From positions 24,428,001-24,492,000 of the forward strand of contig NC_042998.1 in NCBI RefSeq assembly GCF_006345805.1: a DNA stretch of 64,000 bases, read 5' to 3'. The stretch's first letter is position 1. Each line of letters starts with the position of its first letter. Source of the stretch: Octopus sinensis (taxonomy: Eukaryota). The translations under genes and the position numbers were made by a program. Shown here one piece after another: positions 11,795 to 24,453 of this stretch. Under the pieces are notes generated by a model. That model did no database searches. It saw only the letters and a list, made by a program, of their open reading frames with translations, and was not told where the DNA came from.

Positions 11795-12082
11795 AGAAAA
11801 GAAAATGGAGATTAGGAAGTTAATTGATTATTATTAACAACAAATTGGCTTCTTACAGCTGTTTCAATTAATACTCAATAATTTAATTACAAATTCATTA
11901 ATGGTAAAAGATGTACCTTTGGATGTTATATGTGGGCTTCACTTCGCATAAATGCAAATTTAATGTAGAAATTTGTAATTAAATTACTGAGTATTAATTG
12001 AAATGTCTGTAAGAAGGGAAAATGAGCAATTAGTTGTTAATAATAAACAATTATTAACTTCCTTATCTCCATTTTCTTTTCT
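11795..12082. repeat. Fold-back inverted repeat (~105-bp arms, ~70-bp spacer)
   Basis: AGAAAAGAAAATGGAGATTAGGAAGTTAAT... pairs with ...ATTAACTTCCTTATCTCCATTTTCTTTTCT. Confidence 0.85.
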
Positions 12083-12115
12083 ACTATTAAACGGATATAA
12101 ACTATATGCTTAATA

Positions 12116-13405
12116 TCAGGTCATCCCATAAGTTCAGTCCGAATTTTGAATAAAGAAAATGCATGATCAAATGTTATATTTAATTGAAATTTAATCATGA
12201 ATGTACTTTCCCTGATTATCTATGAATTCCTTCCATCTATTTACAAGCTTTTTAATCCCATCAATTTAAAACTCTTTTGGTTTCAAAGTGAAGAACTCAG
12301 AAATGTCAGTTTCGACCTCCTACTGACTTGTGAAAATTATGTCCCCCCAAATGATTCTGTAAACTACAAAACAAATGATAGTCTGAAGGAGCAAGGTCGG
12401 GAGAATAAGGTGGATGAGGAACTTTTTCCCAACCAAGCTCTTCGATCTTCTGTGATGTGATCTTTGCAGTGTGGGGTCATGCATTGTCCTGATGAAACAT
12501 CACTCCTTTTCAATTCACTAAAGCGGGTCTTTTTGTCTTCAAAGCTTGGTTTAAACACTCTAATTGCTGACAGGAGACTTGAGCAGTGATTGTTGCATTA
12601 GGTGGTAACAATTCAAAGTGAATTACTCCTTTGCAATTCCAGCAGATAGAGAGAAGAACCTTTTTCCCATGAAGTTCCCTTCTCAGTTGTTGTTGAGCTT
12701 TTTTCCCTTTTACCAAGCCACTGTTTATGACATTTAACATTTCAATAGAAGATCCATTTTTCATCACCAGTCACAAGTCTATGCAAAAAGGGTGAAATGA
12801 GTTCACGAGAATGGAGAGAAGAGCAGATGTCAACTCGGGATTTGTGGTTGCTTTCGGACAATTCATGAGGCACCCATTTTCCAAGTTTAAGAACCTTTCA
12901 AGTTGTTGAAGATGATGATGAACAGTTGTATGGTTTGAACTAAGCTTTATTGCTAGTTTTTCAACTGATAATGCAGGATTTTCTTTAACTAGTGCCTCAA
13001 GGGAGCTTATCATCAAACTCAACTTGACATCCAGTTTGATCTTCATCTTCAAGGCTGAAATCTCCACTTCTGAATTTTGCAAACCATCTACTGCAAGTTC
13101 TTTCATTCAAGCATTCTTCCCCTTAAACTGAGTTTGTGTTTCAAGTTGCTTCGGCTTCAGAGTTTCCTTTTTTGTACTCATAAAGCATTATGTGCCTTAA
13201 ATGCTCTTTGGATACTTCCATGTTAGAAAAGGTTTTAATCAAAGAAATTTTAATTCTATTATTTTGTAAAATAATACTTAATGAGTTTAAATGTACATAA
13301 ATGCATAAAAATAACTTTTAATTCCATTAGACATTAAAAAATACTATAAAATTCCATTCGATTTTAAAAAAGGTAAAATCGGACAGAACTTATGGTATGA
13401 CCTGA
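12116..13405 (-). mobile_element. Full-length mariner transposon (1290 bp)
   Basis: It has ~30-bp TIRs TCAGGTCATCCCATAAGTTCAGTCCGA / TCGGACAGAACTTATGGTATGACCTGA and a TA TSD on both sides. Confidence 0.95.
12191..13221 (-). pseudogene. Mariner DD34D transposase, multiple stops and frameshifts
   Basis: MEVSKEHLRHIMLYEY...WFAKFRSGDFSLED...WVPHEL...LVTGDEKWIFY...LHGKKVLLSICW...FHQDNA*PH...HPPYSPDLAPSDYHLF. Confidence 0.93.
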
Positions 13406-13543
13406 TATATACCTATTGCTTTAAGAGAATTTCATTCACCAAAAGGACTAGATATTGAACCAGTATTTCCTTGGAAGCAACCATCTCTTCTGAGGTTAAC
13501 ATAGTCTTTAATTAAATATATATGTGTGTGTGTGCATATATAT

Positions 13544-13690
13544 AAAATAAGAAATGAGTGATAAATCAATCAATAAGTATATTCATTAACTGCAAAAATA
13601 AACATCATCATCATCGCCATTAGAGATTATGTTTATTTTTGCAGTTAATGAATATACTTATTAATTGATTTATCTCCAATTTCTTATTTT
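13544..13690. repeat. Fold-back inverted repeat (~62-bp arms, 23-nt loop)
   Basis: AATAAGTATATTCATTAACTGCAAAAATAAACAT pairs perfectly with ATGTTTATTTTTGCAGTTAATGAATATACTTATT. Confidence 0.9.
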
Positions 13691-13874
13691 TCTTGAATAA
13701 ATATAAAACTTGGTTTATCTAATTACCTATTATTCATGAGTATTATAATTAATATTCACAACAAATATTAGGTAACGAACCAGTAATTCATTCGATATTA
13801 CTATACCTTAATGAGGCTCATCAAACTTCTAAGTGAACTTACATATATATATATATATATTTGTTTCAAAATGT

Positions 13875-13957
13875 AACTACATGTGGATCGTTAGTGAGCT
13901 TTTCCCCTGTCTTCCATTTCTCTTGGACTTTCCTCTGTCTCCTGTTTCTGATGAAGA
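13875..13957 (+). mobile_element. Family J fragment, truncated inside the hammerhead
   Basis: It runs CCCCTGTCTTCC...CCTGTTT-CTGATGA-A-GA then stops. It is homologous to the minus strand of 55743-55850. Confidence 0.6.
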
Positions 13958-14324
13958 AAATATTGGTAGCTGATTTCCTTGCTTTGTAGTGCAAATGCAT
14001 AAAGGTTTGATTTGCATTACGCTAGTATAAAATCAGTTGGGTGCAGTTCAAATCTGTTATCAATTCATGTGTGTGCTTGTTAATTAAAATAGCTTCTTTT
14101 ATTCTCAAGTTTCCAACGTTTCTTTCAGTTTCTGTCCAGCAAATCCACTCACAAGGCTTTAGTTGACCTGGGGCTATAATAGAGAGCACTTGTTCCAGGT
14201 GCCCTGTGGTAGGACTGAGCTGAAAACCTTGTATAGGGACTGAACATGAAATTCAGTGTTTTACTTAGTTTAATAGCACCTACATTCTGTTTTCTTCATA
14301 TTTATATCAATCCTGACTTACTCT

Positions 14325-14727
14325 ACTCTTTTACTCTTTTACTTGTTTCAGTCATTTGACTGCGGCCATGCTGGAGCACCGCCTTTAATCGAGCAACTCG
14401 ACCCCGGGACTTATTCTTTTGTAAGCCCAGTACTTATTCTATCGGTCTCTTTTGCCGAACCGCTAAGTAACGGTGACATAAACACACCAGCATCGGTTGT
14501 CAAGCAATGCTAGGGGGACAAACACAGACACACAAACACACACACGCATATATATACATATATACGACGGGCTTCTTTCAGTTTCTGTCTACCAAATCCA
14601 CTCACAAGGCTTTGGTCGGCCCGAGGCTATAGAAGAAGACACTTGCCCAAGGTACCACGCAGTGGGACTGAACCCGGAACCATGTGGTTGGTAAACAAGC
14701 TACTTACCACACAGCCACTCCTGCGCC
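14325..14727 (-). mobile_element. SINE family A, young full-length copy
   Basis: It is CpG-retaining and near consensus, with the flanking direct repeat TCCTGACTT. An older fragment lies at 14125-14225. Confidence 0.93.
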
Positions 14728-15047
14728 TCCTGACTTCTTAATAAAACAGAATAAATTGGCAGGAAGCCTATACAATAAGGCTGCATATGGGGTTAAAGGA
14801 CCATATTATGACAACTTGGTTTAAAACATCCCAAATTTTGTGAAGATAATGTTTAAGTTTAGTGTTGCTTCATTGAGAATATAAATTTATGATGAAGTAT
14901 TTCTTCCCTTTTCTCATGAGATAATCAATCATCAAATAAGATTGTATATTACAAATATACATAAGCTGGGTGATTGATAGAATCATCAGAGCTCTGGGCA
15001 AAATACATTGCTGTATGTAGTTAGGGCTCTTTATGTTCTGAGTTTAA

Positions 15048-15268
15048 CCCTTTAGCATTTAAACCGGCCATATCCAGCCAAAAGTATTCTGCTTGTTTTA
15101 TGTTCAAACTGGCGAGATCTGGTCTCTCACACCAACCCTACAATATCGTTTTAAAAATTAACAGCTACCTCATTGAAATCTCAGAGCTACAAGATAATGC
15201 ATGATTAGTTCAAAACAATGTGGATAAAAAAGCATTAATTTTGGCAGAATAATGCAAACACTAAAGGG
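15048..15268. mobile_element. piggyBac-type MITE (family 2) inserted in an old SINE B
   Basis: TTAA|CCCTTTAG...CTAAAGGG|TTAA. Confidence 0.85.
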
Positions 15269-15496
15269 TTAAACCTTTCTGAGGTTAAATTTGTCTTTCA
15301 TTGTCTCAGGATCAATACTATAAATACCACTTTAGCGCTGGTGTTGATGTAATTGGTTGCCCCCTCTGATACAAATCAATAGGTAGAACCTGTTGTCGAT
15401 GGGAGCCTTGTATCATCGAAAGGTCAAGCAATTAACTCTGTTCATACAGGGATAAATAAATAGCAATAAATATATCTAATGTATCATTAGAAATAT

Positions 15497-15915
15497 TCTT
15501 TTCTACTCTAGGTACAAGGCCCGAAATTTAGATCGACCATAGTATGCAACTGGTACTTAATTTATCGACTAGAAAGAATGAAAAGCAAAGTCGACCGTAG
15601 CAGAATTTGAACGCAGAATGTAAAGACAGATGAAATACTACTAAGCATTTTGCCCGGAGTGTTAACGTTTCTGCCAGCTCGCCGCCTTACATTCTGTATA
15701 ATATTCTTTTCTATTCTAGGCACAAGGCCTGAAAATTTGAGGGAGGGGACAAGTTGATTAGCTTGATCCAGTATGCAACTGGTACTTAATTTATCGACCC
15801 AGAAAGAATGAAAAGCAAAGTCGACCTTAGCAGAATTTGAACTCAGAATGTAATGACAGACGAAATACCACTAAGTATTTCGCCCAGTGTGCTAATGTTT
15901 CTGCCAGCTCACTGC
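15497..15915 (-). mobile_element. Two tandem SINE B copies (15497-15688, 15703-15915)
   Basis: Each runs TTCTTTTCTA.TCTAGG.ACAAGG...CTGCCAGCTC.C.GCC. Confidence 0.88.
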
Positions 15916-16544
15916 CTTGTATCATTGGAAATACTAACATTTGTGGAAGATATGCACTGGGTTTGTTGGTTTTTTTTTTTGCTGTTGTTGTTGTTGTTGT
16001 TCAGCTCTAGGTTAATATTAAGGACACACATGATGAGATATATTCCAGACACAACTATTCCATCATTTTTTAGGGTAATCCAAGACTATATTATCTAATA
16101 TGTCCTTTATTTTTAACATGATAAAATGTAATCTATCGGAGATTTGACTGCTGTTTCTACTGGGTTGATCAACTGCATAGGAACTCCCTCATAGGCACCA
16201 GATCAGATAGGGGTCACACAACCAATGAAATAGAGTGCTCAGATGAATCACCAGATATAAATGTTAGAGTCTGTTTGGTATTGGATTGATAATAACAATG
16301 GCTTAGATGTTGGAATGTGGCCATTTTTCAATGAGATGTAGAATACGAATGTCCTGTAGCAGAGGCATTCTAGAGATGTGAGGTGAACTCCATTATAGGT
16401 CACCATACTAATCAGTGTAAAAAGATGTAACACTAGGGAGCTGAGCGAACAGCAGGTCGTTTAAAGGAATTAGCATGTGTGTGTGTGTGCGTAAGAGTTA
16501 GAGAATTGTATTTGTAGAGACACAGAATGTGTAAAGACAGAGGA

Positions 16545-16910
16545 ATTATCATCATCATCGTTCTCCACGCCCTCCTCCTTCTCATCATCATCATAATCGT
16601 CATCCTCCTCCTTCTCCTCCTTCTCATCACCTTCGTCATCATCCCCACCCTCTACCTCTTCCTTTTCCTCATCATCATAATCGTCCTCCTCTTCCTCCTC
16701 CTCCTTCTCATCACCTTCGTCATCATCCCCACCCTCTACCTCTTCCTCCTCATCATCATCATAATCGTCCTCCTCTTCCTCCTCCTCCTCATAATCGTCC
16801 TCCTCTTCCTTTTCCTCATCATCATAATCGTCATTCTCCTCCTCATCCTCCTTTTCCTCCACTTCCTCACCCTCCTACTCCTCCTCCTCTTCCCCTCCCT
16901 CCTCCTGATT
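16545..16910. repeat. Compound (CAT/CCT)n array with higher-order ~50-70 nt repeats
   Basis: ATCATCATAATCGTCCTCCTC and TCACCTTCGTCATCATCCCCACCCTCTACC recur. Confidence 0.9.
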
Positions 16911-17335
16911 ATCATTTAGCCTCCATTTTCCAATTAGCATGGGTTACATAGTTTGACCGGAATGGGTTGGCTGCAGAGCTGCACCAGACTCCAATTGTCT
17001 GTTTTACCTTCATTTCTACAGCTGGGTACCCTTCCTAATGCCAACCACTTTACAGTGAGGACTGAGTAATTTTCATGTGGCACCAACATTGGCAAATTCT
17101 GCTTTAGCATAGTTTCTATAACTAGAAGCCCTTCCTAATGCCAACCATTCTACAGAGTGGATTGGGTGCCTTTTATGTGTCATCGGCACAGGTACCTTTC
17201 ACGTGCCACTGGCACCGGCCACGGCTACAATTTCACTTTGCTTGATGTGTCTTCTCAAGCACAGCACATCCTCAAAAGCCTTGGCCACTTGTCATTGCCT
17301 ACATGAGACTTGATAAAGAAAAGCATCATACATGG
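16908..17335 (-). mobile_element. SINE family D, old
   Basis: CCCTTCCTAATGCCAACCA (twice), GTGCCACTGGCAC. Confidence 0.8.
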
Positions 17336-17496
17336 TACAGGGTCAGTTTGCAGAGAGAGAGAACATGAGAATGAGTTGAAGAAAAATGATGAGAACAAAC
17401 ATCTGGACACTGGGACAAATTGGGGATTTGTCACGAATATTGAGACGAGTAGCAATATGCTGAACTGGAAACTTATCCAATAGGTATAGGAACATA

Positions 17497-17710
17497 TTGG
17501 GTTGGTACATATTCATTGCAGCTTTTTTTCAACAAATTTTATTTAACGAAAACATCTTTAAATGATGGTCTGACCATCTGCAAAGCAAATGAGAAGCAGT
17601 AATAGAAGTAGATGGTGAATATGCTCCGGAATAATCATTTAAAGGTGTTTTGTAGTTTTTGTTGAATAAAATTTGTTGAAAAAAAGCAACAATAATTATG
17701 CTCAAATGCA

Positions 17711-17758
<48 letters not shown>

Positions 17759-18296
17759 TGGGTTAATGTATAATTATTGTGGCTCTTTTTCAACAAATTT
17801 TATTCAACAAAAACAATAACAATATTTAACAAAAACATCTTTTGAGATGCTCTGTGTTTCTTTCAATTACTTTAAATATAACAAAAAATTTAGAAAAATA
17901 TCTTAGTTATCATTAAGTTAGTGTTAGGAACATAAATTATGACTAAGGTTTGGTGGAAGATTTTAATTCAAAAGTACAAATGTCTTGTTTCTATCGGTTT
18001 TGAATTAAAATCTTCCACCAAACCTTAGTCATAATTTATGTTCCTAACACTGACTTAATGATAACTAAGATATTTTACTAAGTTTTTTGTTATATTTAAA
18101 GTAATTGAAAGAAACACAGAGCATCTCAAAATAAATACAGTAATGAAAGGGTTAAATGATGGTCTGACCATCTGCCAAGCAAATGGGAAACAGTAATTGA
18201 AGTAGATGGTGAATATGCTCCGGAATAATCATTTAAAGTTGTTTTTGTTGAATAAAATTTGTTGAAAAATGCTGCAATAATTATGCACCAACCCAA
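17497..18296 (+). mobile_element. Two mariner-derived MITEs separated by (TA)n; the second is interrupted
   Basis: TIRs are TA|TTGGGTTGGT.CAT and ATGCACCAACCCAA|TA. The interior encodes a transposase C-terminus (HLPSKWETVIEVDGEYAPE*). Confidence 0.85.
17841..18151. mobile_element. piggyBac-type MITE (family 1) rearranged into a long palindrome
   Basis: The right end GAAAGGG|TTAA is intact. The left end is replaced by an inverted copy of the right half (arms 17840-17973 and 17998-18130). Confidence 0.88.
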
Positions 18297-18609
18297 TAGA
18301 ATATCCACACAGAGTAGTAGATTTATAATGGATTCTTTTTGTGATTAGATTAGCTGCTAAAGTCGGTAGGGGAATGTCCCTTAAATCACACTTTGTCGGC
18401 TTGTATAAAAGAAAGCACGCACTGGATTGTAACAGTCCTCAATATGTGAACAGGTAGAAAGGTCATAAGCTATGATATGGTAATAGGGACGATAGCATTG
18501 CCCCTAATATGCGAACAGAGAGAATGGTCAGATCAAGGAATGCCTTTGATTAATGGTTTGTTCAATCAAAGCTTACTGGGATCTTAAGCAACAATATCGT
18601 AATTAAAGC

Positions 18610-18940
18610 ATTGATGCTGATGGTGATGATGGGAATGATGATGATGATGATGGGAGAGATGACAATGATAATGATAGTGATATGCTGATGACAACAATGA
18701 TGATGATGATGGCAATGTTGATGATGCTGATGGTGATGATGATGATGATGGCAGTGATGATGACAATGATGATGATAGTGATGATGCTGATGACAACAAT
18801 GATGACGATGATGGCAATGATGATGATGATGATGATGAGAACGGTGATGATGATGACGATGACGATGATGATGATGACGACAATAATGATAATGACGACA
18901 GTAATGATGATGATGATAATGATGACGACGACAAACTCCA
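18610..18940. repeat. (GAT)n imperfect microsatellite
   Basis: Direct GAT/GAC run. Confidence 0.95.
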
Positions 18941-19233
18941 TCCATTAAGAAATCAAAGCCTGTGCACGACAGACCTTCTAGTTAATCTAACAATAGGAAC
19001 AGCTTTACTTTGCTCTACAAAAATCCTAAAACAATCACTGATACTAATAAAAAAAGAAAAAAACTGATGAAATGGAAAGAAACAATAGAATTGATGACTT
19101 TATTGTTTGAGCAGTAAATTTATAGCAGTTTCCAGGACAAAACTATAGAAATCATTGACACAGGATTAAGTCCTTAATGCACTCATCAGTTTATTGATAA
19201 AACATAGAAATGGCCTGGAATATCTCATTTTAC

Positions 19234-19662
19234 GGATCTTTTCGGTTTGAATGGCAGTTTTTAACATAATTTTTAGGTAACTAAAAAATTTTAAACTTAG
19301 TATACTGGTAGAATGTGTTTATAAAATATCTTTTCCTCTTGGCTTTATTGAGAAAATTCTATATTTTGTAAGATATTTGTTGTTTTTTTTTCTTCAATTT
19401 CTGCAATTTCAACCAATCAATGACATCTATTGAGGTAAAAAAACATTCTGTGCTGTATGAATATGTCCCTCATTTAAGAAACAGATTGGGTTTATTTACA
19501 TTTGTGAAGAAAAAAGATACCCTCCCCCCCACCCATAACCCTAACTAACCCTAACCCTAAAGAAGATTGAAATGCAATAGATCGATACTAGGGTCATAAT
19601 TATGGGTGACAATTTCATATGACACTGCTAGAAAAAACTGCCATTCAAACCAAAAAGATTCC
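19234..19662. mobile_element. TIR MITE with GG...CC ends, 7-8 bp TSD and internal CCCTAA repeats
   Basis: TIRs are GGATCTTTTCGGTTTGAATGGCAGTTTT / AAAACTGCCATTCAAACCAAAAAGATTCC, with flanks (C)ATTTTAC on both sides. Confidence 0.85.
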
Positions 19663-20699
19663 ATTTTACTTGGCAAGTATAATTTGTTATGAATTCATTT
19701 TAGCAAAGCTGTAGAAGCTGCTTGAAGTCACTCACTTGTTCACATATAAAGTTGCTGTAGTTAATTTACGTCTATAATCAAAGCAAACTCAGGGAGAGTT
19801 CGCCTTTATTTTGTTATGAATAAAACAAGTTTGGTTGATAATGTTATATAAATAAGCATAATTTTTAGTTGAAGTAAAATATTAACAAAAGACACGTATT
19901 ATGCATGAGTGTTTTGATATTCTACTGAAGTTTACTCAGCATGAAGAGTAACTGCAGAGTAGAAAGACTGACTGCTAATAGTCAAATCCTTATTTTGTCT
20001 CCTCCATTCAAAGGTTCTGTGAAGCTTTTGAAGATTATGTTTTAAAGGAAATTTGTGTAGATAGAAATTAGTGATTCAATAATGGAGGAATAACGTTCTT
20101 CTTTCTGCAAGGAATTAACTGAAGTGTTTCCTATTGGTTGAACAATTACCATAGATGAGAATAACTCAGGCAGCATCAAGGAACATTGTTAATCTAGCAA
20201 CAGATGAAACTAGATATTGCATATACGGTATTTTTATTTTCTTAGCTTTTATCTACAAAATGATGAATTTATGAGATCAGATAATCCAAAATATTTTCTG
20301 ACAAATCGATGCCAAAAGGTGTCCATTGGACAGGAAAATGTTACATTGATTAAATAGTTCTTTTGAAGACGAAGAATGCTTTATGTTTGTAGATTGTCAT
20401 TTTCAACATCAAAGTAACAAAATGTATTTATTTTTAAACAAAAATAACAGCTACGTCCTAAAAGTATGCGATAATGGTGATGCTGCCTTACAAATCTGTA
20501 AGTTGGCATATTGATTGCTGGTGTTCAGAAAATAAGTGGTATGACATTTTCCTTAATATAAATGTTAATACTAAAATAAAGATAAATAACTCCTTTTAGT
20601 AAAGTACTACTAACCTCCGAATGCTAATGAGGTATGTATGAGTGAGTGTGTGAGGGGGTACCTAGCTACCTACCTACCTATATACATAAATACCTACAT

Positions 20700-20756
20700 A
20701 CATACACTCATACACACATGCCCCCACAGGCACACATACACACACACACATATGCA

Positions 20757-20787
<31 letters not shown>

Positions 20788-20923
20788 CAGCTCAGTTCCA
20801 CTGCTTGGCAACCTGGGCAAATGTCTTTGACAATAATCCCAAGCTTATCAATGCCTTGTGAGTAAATTCAGTTGGTAGAAACTAAATTAAATCTGATCTA
20901 TCTATCTATCTTCCTGTCTGTCC

Positions 20924-20986
<63 letters not shown>

Positions 20987-21007
20987 CAGCTATCTTCCTA
21001 TCTATAC

Positions 21008-21039
<32 letters not shown>

Positions 21040-21098
21040 CTGTATCTATCTATCCAGCTATCTACCTATCTATACATATATATATATACATACATATA

Positions 21099-21140
<42 letters not shown>
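20700..21140. repeat. (CA)n, old SINE A head, (TATC)n and (TA)n
   Basis: Direct simple repeats. Confidence 0.9.
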
Positions 21141-21142
<2 letters not shown>

Positions 21143-21534
21143 TTCATTAATTTACGTCAGTTTGTCCATGGTTGCATGGGTTGGGAGAATGTATTATTGA
21201 ATATATTGTCTTTCACAAAGATGCCTTTTCGTGATGCTGATTCTTGCCTCTTTTTTTTAAGCAAGAGATCATTTATTCCACACAGCTTACAAGATACAAA
21301 TTGCCCAGATGGTTTCTTGACAGGCGAAACTGACAGCGCCATATGCTACACTTTTGTTCAAGTGATGGAATATGTAAAAGAATACACAATCACATACAAC
21401 TACATAGATACACACATACATACACACACACAAACATACACATTCATACATGCATGCATACATGTGTATGTGTGTGTGTGCGTGTGTGTGTGTAGTTGTG
21501 AAATTATGGAAAGAGCTATAGGTTCTCTCTCTTT

Positions 21535-21852
21535 TTTACTCTTTTACTTGTTTCAGTCATTTGACTGTGACCATGCTGGAGCATGGCCTTTAGTCGAGCA
21601 AATCGACCCCAGGACTTATTCTTTGTAAGCCTAGTACTTATTCTGTTAGTCTCTTTTGCCGAACTGCTAAGTTACGGGGACGTAAACACACCAGCATCGG
21701 TTGTCAAGTGATGTTAGGGGGACAAACACAGACACACAAACATATACACACACATACATACATACATACATACATAAGTTTGCTTGACAAAAGGTAGTGT
21801 TCCAGCATGGCCACAGTCAAATGACTGAAGCAAGTAAAAGAGTAAAAGAGTA
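21535..21852. mobile_element. SINE A 3' half (minus strand) fused to an inverted SINE A tail (plus strand)
   Basis: It has tails at both ends, TTTTACTTGTTTCAGTCATTTGAC and GTCAAATGACTGAAGCAAGTAAAAGAG, and no head. Confidence 0.8.
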
Positions 21853-22375
21853 AGTGTTGTCACTAAACTCAGAGTTAACAATGAGTATGTGAAATAAAAA
21901 AACTAAGGAACACAGAAAAGAAGGATAATAATGTATTTAAACATGTAAAGCACAGATTCTGTTTTAACTTCCAGATATATTTTTTGTACAGCATCACTGA
22001 TTTTTTCATATATATGACAGAAAAAATGTTTCGTATCATAAAATTGCTCAAAAAACAGTTGTTCATAAACAGTTATTCGAAATAAATATCATTTGTGTAC
22101 TTGATTTTTAATTTTATCATTTTTCTGTAAATAAAATAAAAAATTTAGAATGATTAACATTGTGTATAATTGTTCTTCTGAATAATTTTCATTCATACAA
22201 TTTTTCATTCAAATAAATGTTTTTTGAATAATTGTTTTCGAACAATTATTTTCGATCGATGTTTACATAATTAAAAGGATAATTTTTACTTCCTCTCCTG
22301 GCACAGCAAAAATGCAGTATGATACATGCGTCAGATTGTTTTACGGTAGAATGTTCACCTGCCATATGGATACCT

Positions 22376-22609
22376 ATTTCTTTACTACCCACAAGGGGCT
22401 AAACACAGAGGAGACAAACAAGGACAGACAAGTGGATTAAGTCGATTATATCAACCCCAGTGCATAACTGGTACTTATTTAATCGACCCCGAAAGGATGA
22501 AAGGCAAAGTCGACCTCGGTGGAATTTGAACTCAGAATGTAGTGGCAGACAAAATACCGCAAAGCATTTCGCCCTGTACGCTAACGTTTCTGCCAGCTCG
22601 CCACCTTAT
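22376..22609 (-). mobile_element. SINE family B with 20-bp TSD
   Basis: The TSD is CACCTGCCATATGG(A/G)TACCT at 22356-22375 and 22610-22629. Confidence 0.95.
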
Positions 22610-24221
22610 CACCTGCCATATGGGTACCTCAGATCCAATTCTTTACTAATTGTTCATGAACAATTTTACAGAGTGCCTCTACAGAAACAGCAGCCAAATC
22701 TCCCTCAGATCACAGCTAGCATGTTAAAAAATGTAGAGAATGTTATGGTGTAAGATATAGTCCTAGATAGATTAACTAATGGCTTTAAAAATTTGCTATG
22801 GTACCAGTTGGAATATTTTTGATGAGAGCCAATTTGGAGCTAAGCAACAATAACAACAAAATGTTTCAGTTTTACTTTCAGTATAGTTGTGACCATCACT
22901 AACTATTCTTATCTTAGTTACTCATTGATAATTCTTGTTTAGCCTTTTAGCAAACTTGACTGAGTAAATCCCAAATCAAACCATTCTTGCTATGATTGTC
23001 CTATCATACTTTCAGACAATGTATCTAAGGTAATCATCTAAATCTGGTATAATCATCCTATCAACAAATGTGAGAGAGGTTGATCCAGTACATCTCCCTC
23101 ACCATCCTCAGGGTAACACCTTTTTCATTTTGTCTGCTGGGACAATGAATTTAGTTCTATTTTACCACATTGCATTATATCATCAAATTGCGTCCTTCCA
23201 CTTTTAAAGGTGGAGTGTGAGGCAACGTAGCTGCCTTTTCTAGCAGGTCAAAATACCACATTGGAAACTCCTTTATTAGCTTATATAACAATTGTTGTCT
23301 CAAGACACTGCTACAGCCAACAATGTGGTCATCATTGAATTATCAAAAATATAATACTCTAAGTCGAATTTAATTTAACAATCAATCATTTCTGCCAACT
23401 CATAATGCCAAACAATATTAATATTGATTAATTAAACAGATTTTTATATTTGGAACATGAACATCCATTCTGGTTTTTCTGTTTCTATATACAACAATGA
23501 AACCTTAGCTCTGTTCTACTTTATAAGATCAAATATTATCTCTAGTTTTATTATCCTTAAATATGCTTTATTTAATTCAATAACCTTGTCATTATTTTCC
23601 CTTTTCTTTTGTAACAAACCTCAGAAATGTTTCTATTTATTTACTGTAAGCCCCAAAGTGTTAAGTGGAAATTTCTATTAAAGAATGTCTTGCTTAGACA
23701 TAATCGCCCCATTTGCACAGCCACTTCATATTTAAGACCTTTACATATGTAAGGTGTTTTTATTTTTATAACTGAGGAATAAAGTTCTTTAATGTAATAT
23801 CATTCAGGTATTAATCATTAGTCTTGGGCAAGCCATTAAATGGCATCCAGAAGTGAAGCTGTATTTCAAGACTTCAGGAGTCCAGGAGTTTTGGTAATTT
23901 TAGAGTTAATCACCATAGCTGCGAAGTGTTCCCTAACCTGTGGTGGTAGTACATATCAAGGATTCCAGTTATGAATAAAAGAGCAGATGGCCCTGTGGTT
24001 ACGGGATACAGAACTCAGAGAACAGATGGCTCCAAGACATATGGCACAGAGGCCCATTGGAAAGTAGGCATGCCCTAATGTCACATAAACTGTTTCCTTG
24101 CCTAAGGGTTGAATTAGTCCTATGGCTCAGGGTTATTATCAGAAAAGAAAACTTACAGAAAAAATATAAATAGACTGACAGACGGTAATGGTAAACCACT
24201 GTTGTATCTATCTATTGAAAA

Positions 24222-24453
24222 GGTGGTGTGATGGCAGAATTGTTAGCATGCCGGGTAAAATGCTTAGCAGTATTTTGTCTGCCGCTACATTCTGAGTTCA
24301 AATTCCACCGAGGTCGACTTTGCCTTTCATCCTTTCAGGGTCGATAAAATAAGTACCAGTTATGCACTGGGGTCGATATAATCGACTTAATCCGTTTGTC
24401 TGTCCTTGTTTATCCTCTCTGTGTTTAGCCCCTTGTGGGTAGTAAAGAAATAG
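24222..24453 (+). mobile_element. SINE family B with 18-bp TSD
   Basis: The TSD is GTATCTATCTATTGAAAA at 24204-24221 and 24454-24471. Confidence 0.95.

Noticed and set aside
19535-19560. Telomere or chromosome-fusion scar
   Set aside because: There are only a few CCCTAA units, and they are internal to a TIR element.
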